A stretch of DNA of 64,000 nt from Thermodesulfobacteriota bacterium (GTDB lineage Bacteria; Desulfobacterota; Desulfobacteria; Desulfobacterales; C00003060): assembly GCA_034189385.1 (NCBI GenBank), contig JAXHVD010000002.1, positions 185,893 to 249,892 on the forward strand, written 5' to 3'. Position numbers and translations under genes: made by a program. Below, one piece after another: positions 16,686-25,215 of this stretch. Positions within the stretch are counted from its first letter, which is position 1. Each line of letters starts with the position of its first letter. The notes under the pieces were generated by a model. The model searched no databases, was not told the DNA's origin, and saw only the letters and a list, made by a program, of their open reading frames with translations.

Positions 16686-17102
16686 AGGGGGCTGAATCCA
16701 GGTTGAGACCGTTACTTGAGATCTGGTTATACGACGAAATAGGTATTTCAAGGCAAAAGTGTGCTTATAGCAGGCAAAATCGTTTTGTACGAAGCGGTGC
16801 ATTCGGAGTCATTTCAGCGGAGTAAATCACGGAGACAGAGGAGTAACTGATTATGATTCAAAGGAAAACAGCCGCAAGGGTGGGGATTACTTCATGGGGC
16901 TGCGGCGCCTTGCTGTCGGGTGCTTGTTGCGCTATAGGCAAAAAGGTATGAGTGAAGACATGTGTTGCGAGTCTTTTGCGAGAAGAACAATCTTAAAAAA
17001 AGCCTGAGGAAAGGGGGTGCGACTCTAGGGTTGGGGGAGGAATTTTGACTATTCTAATAGGGTGAAAACTGTGAGGGTTTTTGAAGAAGGGAGGAAGACA
17101 TC

Positions 17103-19427
17103 ATGAGTAAGAGGACATGTGTATTACTTTTGGGGGCGGTGCTGCTGGTTCTTGCTGCGGCTGGAACCGTGGGGGCCCTGAATGCTGCCTACAATCGCCC
17201 GAATCCCACCATGGACTACGTGCCCCAAGACAGGGGGATCTACGATACCATGTACTGGGAATACAGCGGTGATTGCGGTTGCCGGAGCTGCCACGGAAAT
17301 AGCACGGCAGACAGACACCACTATACGCCCATTGTTTTAAGGGACAAGTTGTGTACGGTATGCCATCCCACATGTACCCCAGGTACTCCAGATTGTGAGA
17401 ACGGGGTCTTGATCATCAGGGATTGCACGACCTCCGGTTGCCACAGTTGGGCTGATGCAGGACCAAAGGATGAAAAAGGAACCTTTGATCCTGCCAACGA
17501 CAAAAACGGTTGGCATCACAACACGGATATGGCTGCCGCCGAGAACTGCACCGGCTGCCACAACCCAAACCTGGTTGAAGAGATCAGTGACTTTAGAGAC
17601 CACCAGATGTATCCGCCAACGGTAGTGACTCCTTCGCCCTTTTCTTGTGAGAACTGCCATTGGGAGCAAGCCCTGGTGGCCGGCACGGGTGATTGCGATA
17701 ATCCGGGACATCCATCGACCTATGACCACGTAGATAAGTGGGGAAACACTATAGGCTTCTATGAGTACAACAAGCCCATCTTCGGAAACTTTGATACCCA
17801 CCACATGGGATTCAAGGGCGAGGTGGCCCAAGACTGCTCCAAGTGCCACTCTCAAGATCCTGACAACCCAAGTTGGGATCCCTATAACCCGGAGCTTGGA
17901 CGCTATTGTCAGATATGCCACAGCATGCGCACCCTGCATACCATAGATCCTCATGTGGACGTCCATCCTGGGTGGTTTCCTGTCGGGTTCCATGCAAACG
18001 ACAACGATCTTGACGGCTTGATCGATGAAGATGATATCGACAGCCTAGACAATGATGGTGACGGCTATGTGGACGAAGATCCACCGGGTACGCTCGGCCC
18101 CGACCCATTTGTCTATGCCACTTGGGATGCCTCAAGCCCTCCCGGGGTTTGTGATCCTGAGCAATACCCGGGCTACACCGCTGATATGCAGTGCTGGGGA
18201 TGCCACGCCGACAATGTGCCTCCTTATGACGGAGACATTGGCTGTCAGCCTTGGATTGATACTGGTGCAGATGGCTTAATCCCCATTGCCGGTAGCTGTG
18301 GTCTGCAGGTGACCATCAGAGGCGGTTGCTTCGGCGATGAACAGATCGTGGGCCGGTCAGTGCAATTAAAAGTCGCGCCCCTCACTTGGATAGAGATGCC
18401 AGTGCACGCCTGGACAGACAACGTGATCGAGTGGGAGGTGCCGTGCTGGACCTTAGCCGCTGGAAACTACAAGGTACGCGTGGCCACGGAAGAAGGAAAC
18501 AGCAATGCTTTAAACTTTACCGTAAAGGACCATCCCACGTTGACCGGTATCAGTCCCGCTGCAGGAGGCTGCGGCACGTCGATCACGCTGACTGGAAGCG
18601 GCGGGTTTGCGCCCTCTAGAAAGACAGCGCCTTCGGTGGCAGATCCCACGAATTCATACTATGGCATCTACCACACGGTAGACTTTGTCTCCTCGCAAGG
18701 CACCTATACGGTCAACAATGACATGTTTACCGCATGGAGCGACACGAGCGTCACGCTCACGCTCCAAAAGGTCTTCGTGGACGAGGTAGATACCTGCGGC
18801 GACCCCACGGACAAGCGAAACTTCGTCCGCGATACTGGCGCCACGGTTCCTGCCGGTGCTTGTAACGGCCATGTCTGTCCTGAAGAGCCTAAGGTGGACA
18901 ACTGCGAGTGTCTGGGCCTTGGTGTCTATCAAGTGTACATGAAGGCCATCTACTACGGTGACGAAGACGGCAGCGACACCTTGACCTGCGGCGATATCAT
19001 CTTCCAGGTCGAAAAGAGTGATCCCGTGCAGTTTGAGCTTGTCCAGGCCCCATTTATTAACAAGGTCAAACCCAACCCGTCTGAGCGGTTTTTCTACGAG
19101 GACTGCGGCGGCGGTTGCATTATGCTGCACAAGAACATTGTCAAGATCATCGGCTACAACTTTGGCCCAACGCAACAAGCCGGTGACGAGGTGCGCCTTG
19201 GGAGCATGACCCAGTACGACGATAATTGTACCGGTGTCAATCCCGACGCTGGCAAACCCCTGCCGGTCAAGATGTGGAGTGCGACCAAGATCAAGGTCAA
19301 GCTGAAGGGCAAACCGGAATGGGACGGCAAGACCAAGTATCTCTGGGTCAAGAAAGCCGGTGTATGTAGCGCCCCAATGCCCGTAGGGATCTTGGATCCC
19401 ATCTCTCTGTGCGGCATGTGTCCATAA
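17103..19427 (+). CDS. omcZ: OmcZ-like octaheme cytochrome c precursor with C-terminal IPT/TIG-like domains (paralog 2)
   Basis: Signal peptide. Motifs CRSCH, CTVCH, CTTSGCH, CTGCH, CENCH, CSKCH, CQICH, CWGCH. PIFGNFDTHH resembles OmcZ PIFSNQDTHH (recalled). Colinear with 10065..12362. Confidence 0.82.
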   Translation: MSKRTCVLLLGAVLLVLAAAGTVGALNAAYNRPNPTMDYVPQDRGIYDTMYWEYSGDCGCRSCHGNSTADRHHYTPIVLRDKLCTVCHPTCTPGTPDCENGVLIIRDCTTSGCHSWADAGPKDEKGTFDPANDKNGWHHNTDMAAAENCTGCHNPNLVEEISDFRDHQMYPPTVVTPSPFSCENCHWEQALVAGTGDCDNPGHPSTYDHVDKWGNTIGFYEYNKPIFGNFDTHHMGFKGEVAQDCSKCHSQDPDNPSWDPYNPELGRYCQICHSMRTLHTIDPHVDVHPGWFPVGFHANDNDLDGLIDEDDIDSLDNDGDGYVDEDPPGTLGPDPFVYATWDASSPPGVCDPEQYPGYTADMQCWGCHADNVPPYDGDIGCQPWIDTGADGLIPIAGSCGLQVTIRGGCFGDEQIVGRSVQLKVAPLTWIEMPVHAWTDNVIEWEVPCWTLAAGNYKVRVATEEGNSNALNFTVKDHPTLTGISPAAGGCGTSITLTGSGGFAPSRKTAPSVADPTNSYYGIYHTVDFVSSQGTYTVNNDMFTAWSDTSVTLTLQKVFVDEVDTCGDPTDKRNFVRDTGATVPAGACNGHVCPEEPKVDNCECLGLGVYQVYMKAIYYGDEDGSDTLTCGDIIFQVEKSDPVQFELVQAPFINKVKPNPSERFFYEDCGGGCIMLHKNIVKIIGYNFGPTQQAGDEVRLGSMTQYDDNCTGVNPDAGKPLPVKMWSATKIKVKLKGKPEWDGKTKYLWVKKAGVCSAPMPVGILDPISLCGMCP

Positions 19428-19438
19428 TGACCCCTAAC

Positions 19439-19517
19439 CTGGAAGGAGGGGTTGATCCCTCCTTCCAGCCAGATTGAACTAAAAAGGGGGAAGGGAGCTT
19501 TCCTTCCCCCTCCTTTC
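19439..19517 (+). terminator. Tandem hairpins, probable terminator or mRNA-stabilising structure after omcZ-like paralog 2
   Basis: CTGGAAGGAGGG-gttgat-CCCTCCTTCCAG and AGGGGGAAGGGA-gctt-TCCTTCCCCCT followed by CCTTTC. Confidence 0.65.
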
Positions 19518-19570
19518 GAGCATTTTATTCGAATTTCTGATTTCCCGCTTACCTTCATGCGGGATGGGTT

Positions 19571-21247
19571 ATGAACATGAGATGGATGAAACGTTTTGAA
19601 GCCAATATCTGGCAGCGGTTGCGCCTGATGGCTTCAAAGCACACCTCGCCCCCTGTATTTCCGTGTCTTCATAATATTCCAACGATTTCTACTGGCACGA
19701 AGCCCCTGATTTTATGTTCCCTCATTCTGTGCATGGCTCTGTTTTTTGTTGTGGGTTGCCGTGAGGAGGCAGCCGATAGGTCGGCCCTTTTGGGAAAGAG
19801 CAAGTCAACGGTCGTGGCCTTGATCGGTGAGGAGGAGATCACAAGAGAGGATCTTGAACAGGATCTGAAGCAGATACCGGAGCAGAAACATCAGGCTCTG
19901 CAGAAGAAGATCCTGGACGATTTGATCGAGGCCAGGGTCTTTGCCAGGGAGGCAAGAAAGGCGGGTCTTCATGAAGACCCTGAGATTATGGAATCGTTGA
20001 AAAAGACGACAAAGGAAACGTTGGCAAGAAATTTTGTCAGGAGACATGTGGACAAAGAGGCTGAGCCCTCAGAAGAGGAACAACGGAAGTATTACGACGA
20101 ACACATGGACCAGTTCCTGGTCCCCGATGGTGTCATGCTTCGGCAGATCGTGCTGAAGGAAAAGGAGCAAGCCGAGGCGGTCCTAAAAGAGCTGAAGGAG
20201 GGGGCCCCCTTCGAGGAGCTGGCCAGAAAAAGATCGATTGGCCGCGCATGGAAGACGGGGGGGCGCCTTGGCTGGCGCTTTAAAGGGAGGATGGACCCGG
20301 CACTCGAAGAGGTGGCGTTTGGCCTGGAAAAGAGCGAGCTCAGTGACATTATTAAGACAGGGGAAGGGTATGAGATCATCGAGGTGTTGAACAAAAGCGA
20401 TCAAGGTCAGAGGCCCTTTGAAGAGGCAAAGCCTCACATACGCACCGGCCTGTTTAGGGACAAAAAGAACGCCCTTGTCCATGAGTTATACAAAGAGGCC
20501 GGGGTGGACATCGATCCCGCTGAAGATGGCGTGCTGGCCAAGGTAGGAGACGATGCCTTAACGGAAGAGACCCTTGCCCCTATCCTAGCCAAGGCTTCAG
20601 AAGAGCAACAAAAAGAGGTCAGGCGGCGATGGGTTCAGTATTTCATAGACACAACCGTCTTCTCAAAGGAGGCAAGAAAGATCCGCCTTGAAGACGATCC
20701 CGAGGTGGCCCGGGAGATCCGAAGAAAAACAGACCGGATACTGGCCACGGCCTTTCGGAAGAGGTTTATCGGGGAAAAAACGCAGATCAGCGACAAGGAG
20801 ATAGCCGACTATTACCAGTCCCACCCTGGGCAATTTACGACTCCTCCTCTGGTAAGGGTAGAAGCCATCTTGGTCGAGACCAGGCAGGAGGCTGAAGAGA
20901 TCGTGAAAGAACTAAAGGCCGGTGCCGGTTTTGCGGCCTTGGCTGCCAGGGAGTCGCTCTACCCTAATGCGGCTTCAAGGGCCGGAGAGATTGGCTGGTT
21001 TGGCAAGGGAGAAAGGGACCCTGCTCTGGAAAAGGTAGCCTTCGCCATGGAGCCTGGGAAGATCAGCGACATCATCAAGACAGAGGCAGGCTTCGAGATC
21101 ATCAAATTGATGGCAAAGAGAGGCGGGGAAACTAGGCCCTTTGATGAAGTAAAGCAGGACATAGAGATGAAGTTGATGGCGCAAAAACTAGCAGAAGAAA
21201 AGGAGCGTTATTACAAGGAGGCTGGGGTCAAAATCTTAGGCTTATAA
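19571..21247 (+). CDS. PpiC/parvulin-type peptidyl-prolyl isomerase with two PPIase domains (paralog 2), probable lipoprotein
   Basis: Colinear with 12464..14095; FFVVGC lipobox-like motif; FEELARKRS, GEIGWFGKGE. Confidence 0.88.
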   Translation: MNMRWMKRFEANIWQRLRLMASKHTSPPVFPCLHNIPTISTGTKPLILCSLILCMALFFVVGCREEAADRSALLGKSKSTVVALIGEEEITREDLEQDLKQIPEQKHQALQKKILDDLIEARVFAREARKAGLHEDPEIMESLKKTTKETLARNFVRRHVDKEAEPSEEEQRKYYDEHMDQFLVPDGVMLRQIVLKEKEQAEAVLKELKEGAPFEELARKRSIGRAWKTGGRLGWRFKGRMDPALEEVAFGLEKSELSDIIKTGEGYEIIEVLNKSDQGQRPFEEAKPHIRTGLFRDKKNALVHELYKEAGVDIDPAEDGVLAKVGDDALTEETLAPILAKASEEQQKEVRRRWVQYFIDTTVFSKEARKIRLEDDPEVAREIRRKTDRILATAFRKRFIGEKTQISDKEIADYYQSHPGQFTTPPLVRVEAILVETRQEAEEIVKELKAGAGFAALAARESLYPNAASRAGEIGWFGKGERDPALEKVAFAMEPGKISDIIKTEAGFEIIKLMAKRGGETRPFDEVKQDIEMKLMAQKLAEEKERYYKEAGVKILGL

Positions 21248-21302
21248 CAGGTTTCGTTAACAAGGGGCATGGCCTGCGTTATTTGCTGGCAAGAATGGGT
21301 GA

Positions 21303-21653
21303 GTGGAAGTTTTGGTAAAGCCGACGTCGCAAATTGAAAGAAGGGCATGCAAGAGATTTGGGCTAGAACTCCCCGTGCATATCGAGTGGAAGGACGTCTC
21401 GGGGGAAGTCATAGAAAGTGAAGGGGCCACGAAGGATATGAGTGCTTCCGGTGCCTTTGTGATCTGTCAGGAGATGATTGGCGTCAAGTGCCATGTCAAT
21501 CTGAAGATCGACCTGCCGATTGCCTTGGCAGGAGCCAGAAAAAGTCTTGTATCAGCCCGCGGAAGCGTTGTCACGAAAGAGACCATGACCGAGCCTGATG
21601 AGGGCTATGGGCACAGGATCAAGTTTGACTATTTTTCCTTCAAGAGACTCTAA
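21303..21653 (+). CDS. Stand-alone PilZ-domain protein (putative c-di-GMP receptor)
   Basis: ERRACKR (RxxxR) and DMSASG (DxSxxG). Confidence 0.8.
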   Translation: MEVLVKPTSQIERRACKRFGLELPVHIEWKDVSGEVIESEGATKDMSASGAFVICQEMIGVKCHVNLKIDLPIALAGARKSLVSARGSVVTKETMTEPDEGYGHRIKFDYFSFKRL

Positions 21654-21676
21654 AGAACCCAACTTAAGTTTATGAA

Positions 21677-23155
21677 ATGAAAATACTAACGCTCAATCCG
21701 CCATTCTTGCCCAAGTTTTCAAGAGAGCAGCGAAGCCCTGCAGTCACCAAGAGCGGGTGCCTCTACTACCCCATGTGGTTGGCCTATGCAACAGGGGTTT
21801 TGGAAGAGGCGGGGTTTGATGTAAAGCTTGTGGACGCCCCAGCCCAGGGCAAAGGGATGAACGAGGTCATTGATGCTGCAAAGACCTTTCACCCTGAAAT
21901 GGTGGTCCTCGACACCAGCACGCCGAGTATATACAATGATGTGGGTGTGGCTGCAAAAATCAAAGAGGTCCTGCCGGGCTGCACCACCGTCCTTGTGGGC
22001 CCCCATGTCTCGGCACTTCCCGAAGAAACCTTAAAGCTTGATCCCGCCATCGACGTCATCGCCCGGGGAGAATACGATTATACTGTCAGGGACCTGGCTC
22101 GGGCCGTGGAAGGGGGCAAAGATTTTGAAGACGTGGCAGGGATCACATTCCAACGAAATGGCACGATCCTTCATACCCAAGACCGGCCTTTGATCGATGA
22201 CCTGGACAGCATCCCGCTGGTCAGCAAGGTGTATCAGAGGCACCTCAACGTGAGAGACTATTTTTATTCCATTTGCCAGTATCCGGAAATTGCCATTATT
22301 ACTGGCAGGGGGTGCCCTCACCGTTGCACCTATTGCGTCTATCCGCAGACTTTTCAAGGAAGGCGGTATCGGCCAAGAAGCGCGGAGAACGTGGTGGAGG
22401 AATTTCTATACATTGCCGAGACGTTCCCTTTCGTCAAGGAAATCTTCATTGAGGATGACACGTTTACTGTAAACAGAAAGCGATGCCACGAGATCTGCCG
22501 AAGACTGATCCAAGCAGGAAGCCGGATTAGCTGGACCGCTAATGCCAGGGCAGACGTAGATTTTGAGACGTTGAGGCTGATGAAAGCGGCCGGTTGCAGA
22601 CTTTTGTGCGTGGGGGTGGAGAGCGGAAATCAAAGAGTCCTGAACAACATCAAGAAGGGGCTTTCCCTGGAACAGATCAGGAGGTTCTTCAGGGACGCCA
22701 AAAGGGCCAGGGTCCTTGTGCACGGCTGTTTCTTGGTGGGCAACAAGGGGGAAACCCGACAGACCCTGGAAGAGACCCTCGATTTTGCCAAAGAGTTAAA
22801 TCCTGACACGGCCCAGTTCTTTCCCCTCATGGTCTATCCCGGCACTGAGGCCTATCGATGGGCAAAGGAAGAGAATCTGATTTTGACGGAGGATTACTCA
22901 CAGTGGCTGACGGAGGAGGGTTTACATCACTGTGTCATAGAGCAACCAAGCCTTTCAAACGCTGAACTGGTGGCGTTTTGTGATAGGGCCCGGCGAGAGT
23001 TCTATCTGAGGCCTGGCTATTTTGTATGGAAACTCAGGCAGGTTTTACTTCATCCTTCGGAACTGGAGAGGACGGGCAAGTCATTAAAGACCTTCGTCAA
23101 GTACTTGCTAAGGGGAACTTTCGCTCAATCTCGCTTGGTGGCGGGGAGCACGTGA
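21677..23155 (+). CDS. B12-binding-domain radical SAM protein (HpnJ-like)
   Basis: YYPMWLAYA N-terminus, VLVGPH, RGEYD, RGCPHRCTYC, EDDTF, GVESG, YPGT. Confidence 0.88.
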   Translation: MKILTLNPPFLPKFSREQRSPAVTKSGCLYYPMWLAYATGVLEEAGFDVKLVDAPAQGKGMNEVIDAAKTFHPEMVVLDTSTPSIYNDVGVAAKIKEVLPGCTTVLVGPHVSALPEETLKLDPAIDVIARGEYDYTVRDLARAVEGGKDFEDVAGITFQRNGTILHTQDRPLIDDLDSIPLVSKVYQRHLNVRDYFYSICQYPEIAIITGRGCPHRCTYCVYPQTFQGRRYRPRSAENVVEEFLYIAETFPFVKEIFIEDDTFTVNRKRCHEICRRLIQAGSRISWTANARADVDFETLRLMKAAGCRLLCVGVESGNQRVLNNIKKGLSLEQIRRFFRDAKRARVLVHGCFLVGNKGETRQTLEETLDFAKELNPDTAQFFPLMVYPGTEAYRWAKEENLILTEDYSQWLTEEGLHHCVIEQPSLSNAELVAFCDRARREFYLRPGYFVWKLRQVLLHPSELERTGKSLKTFVKYLLRGTFAQSRLVAGST

Positions 23156-23240
23156 CTGGACGATGACGATTGAGTCGTGACCAGAAGGACGGTCCCGGCC
23201 CAGAGCGGTAGAGAAAAAAATACTTTGTGGAGTATAATTT

Positions 23241-24287
23241 ATGGATATTTCAGTGATTGTGCCGGTTTTTAATGGCGGAAAAAAGATCGGGAAGTGCGTC
23301 GACGCCCTGAAGAGGCAGAAGACTGAAAGAACCTTTGAAATCATTGTCGTTGATGACGGATCAACAGACAGGAGCCTCCACGGAGTTGAAGGGAAGGGCA
23401 TCAGGGTCTTTAAGCAACCGAATCAGGGCCCTGGGGCAGCACGAAACCTCGGGGTCGAGAAGGCCCTGGGCAAGATCATCCTTTTCACAGATGCCGATTG
23501 TGAGCCCCTGGAGGATTGGATTGACCAGATGGCGTGCCCCTTGGATAAGCCCTGCACCTCGGGAGTCAAGGGGTCCTATCTCACACGACAGAAAGGCCTC
23601 ATTGCCCGCTTTGTTCAACTGGAATACGAAAGCAAATACGAAAGGATGAAAAGGGACCCTTCCATTGATTTTGTTGATACCTACGCAGCGGGCTTTATTA
23701 AGGAAGATTTCTTGAAGGTGGGAAAATACGATGCGCGATTTCCTACGCCTTCTGTAGAGGACCAGGAGTTTTCCTTTCGCATGTGGGAAAAGGGTTACCG
23801 GATGGTCTTTAATCCCGAGGCCAAGGTCTTTCACACCCATTCGGACAGCCTTTGGAACTATATGAAAAAGAAGTTTCGGATCGGGTTCTGGAAAGCCCTC
23901 GTGTTGAAAAAACACCCGCAAAAGGTCTTCAGGGATTCCCACACCCCCCAATCGTTGAAGTTGGAGATGGTCCTTGCCATGCTGTTGTTGCTTTCCTTGT
24001 CCTTATTGCCAGTAATGGGCGCAAGCCTTTCTTTTGCCCTCTTTCCCCTGGCTGCTTTTCTGATAACGACTTCTCCTTTTGTCCTGAAACTCCTCGGGAA
24101 GGACCTGCCGGTGGCCCTTTTTTCGCCATTTCTTCTCTTTGCCCGGGCCCTTTCCTTGAGTTCTGGCCTCATTGCGGGGATGTATAAATTCTATGTTGTT
24201 GACTCAAGGGTTGGCAGTGGCGTGATTGATGACCGAGAAAACGGTCTCTGTGAAAAGGAGTATATGAGAAGCATGTCTTCTCAGTGA
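23241..24287 (+). CDS. GT2 glycosyltransferase with C-terminal TM helices
   Basis: ISVIVPVFN, IIVVDDGSTD, GPGAARN, FTDAD, EDQE. Confidence 0.92.
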   Translation: MDISVIVPVFNGGKKIGKCVDALKRQKTERTFEIIVVDDGSTDRSLHGVEGKGIRVFKQPNQGPGAARNLGVEKALGKIILFTDADCEPLEDWIDQMACPLDKPCTSGVKGSYLTRQKGLIARFVQLEYESKYERMKRDPSIDFVDTYAAGFIKEDFLKVGKYDARFPTPSVEDQEFSFRMWEKGYRMVFNPEAKVFHTHSDSLWNYMKKKFRIGFWKALVLKKHPQKVFRDSHTPQSLKLEMVLAMLLLLSLSLLPVMGASLSFALFPLAAFLITTSPFVLKLLGKDLPVALFSPFLLFARALSLSSGLIAGMYKFYVVDSRVGSGVIDDRENGLCEKEYMRSMSSQ

Positions 24288-24305
24288 GAGAGAGGTGACA
24301 GTCGA

Positions 24306-24971
24306 ATGCTTGAAAAAAGGATATTGGACATTGTCGTTTCCAGTGTGTTGATCATCCTGGCGTTGCCAGTCATGGCCCTGGTGGCCCTGTTGGTGAAACT
24401 CGACTCCCGTGGCCCGGCCATTTTTACACAGACCCGGATCGGTCAGGACCGCCGTCGGGCCAAGGCCTCTCGAGGGGGAGCAATGGCCCCTGCCTGTGAC
24501 ATGAGGGAAGAGGATCTGGGCGGAAAGCCCTTTACCATATACAAGTTTCGGACCATGGTCCAGGAGGCAGAGCAGCTCTTGCCTTGCCTCGTGAATCTGG
24601 GGGCCCTTAACGAGCCCGTTTACAAGCTACAAGATGATCCCAGGGTGACCCCCTTGGGAAGTCTTCTGAGGAAGGCCAGCCTGGATGAGCTTCCGCAACT
24701 GTTCAATGTGCTGAAAGGGGACATGAGCTTGGTGGGGCCACGGCCTGAAGCCATAGAAGTCGTGCAGCTTTATGAAAAGACGCATAAGAAACGGCTCCAT
24801 GCCAAGCCTGGCCTTACGGGCTTGCAACAGGTCACCTGTCGCGGAACGCAATCCATGCAACAGAGGCTGAAGTACGACCTCTATTACATCAAGCACCGCT
24901 CTCTGCTGCTTGATCTTGGGATCCTCTTTAGGACGGTATTCGTTGTCATGATGGGTACTGGGGCCTTTTGA
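24306..24971 (+). CDS. Polyprenyl-phosphate sugar phosphotransferase (priming glycosyltransferase, Bac_transf family)
   Basis: KRILDI, KFRTM, DPRVT, SLDELPQLFNVLKGDMSLVGPRP, KPGLTG. Confidence 0.95.
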   Translation: MLEKRILDIVVSSVLIILALPVMALVALLVKLDSRGPAIFTQTRIGQDRRRAKASRGGAMAPACDMREEDLGGKPFTIYKFRTMVQEAEQLLPCLVNLGALNEPVYKLQDDPRVTPLGSLLRKASLDELPQLFNVLKGDMSLVGPRPEAIEVVQLYEKTHKKRLHAKPGLTGLQQVTCRGTQSMQQRLKYDLYYIKHRSLLLDLGILFRTVFVVMMGTGAF

Positions 24972-25007
24972 GTTGGGAGTCATTTAACCAAAAAGAGTGG
25001 AGGCGAG

Positions 25008-25202
25008 ATGTTCGGAATCGGCATGCCAGAGTTGATCATCATTATGGTCATCATCCTCATCATCTTTGGAGCTGGAAAACTCCCGGAGATCGGAAGCGGT
25101 ATTGGCCAAGGGATCAAGAACTTTAAAAGAGCCACGTCAGGAGAGTTGGAAGAAAATACAGAAGCAAAAGAGATAGAAGGGCTAAAAGAGGAAAGAGCAT
25201 AA
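25008..25202 (+). CDS. tatA: Twin-arginine translocase subunit TatA
   Basis: [40 protein letters not shown]. Confidence 0.95.
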   Translation: MFGIGMPELIIIMVIILIIFGAGKLPEIGSGIGQGIKNFKRATSGELEENTEAKEIEGLKEERA

Positions 25203-25215
25203 AAGAGGTGACGAG

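Noticed and set aside
16855..16930. c-di-GMP/cGAMP (GEMM-I) riboswitch upstream of omcZ-like paralog 2
   Set aside because: Only a partial GGAAAA-CAGCC-GCAA-GG resemblance; the second stem and conserved 3' elements are not recognisable. An Infernal/Rfam scan would be needed.
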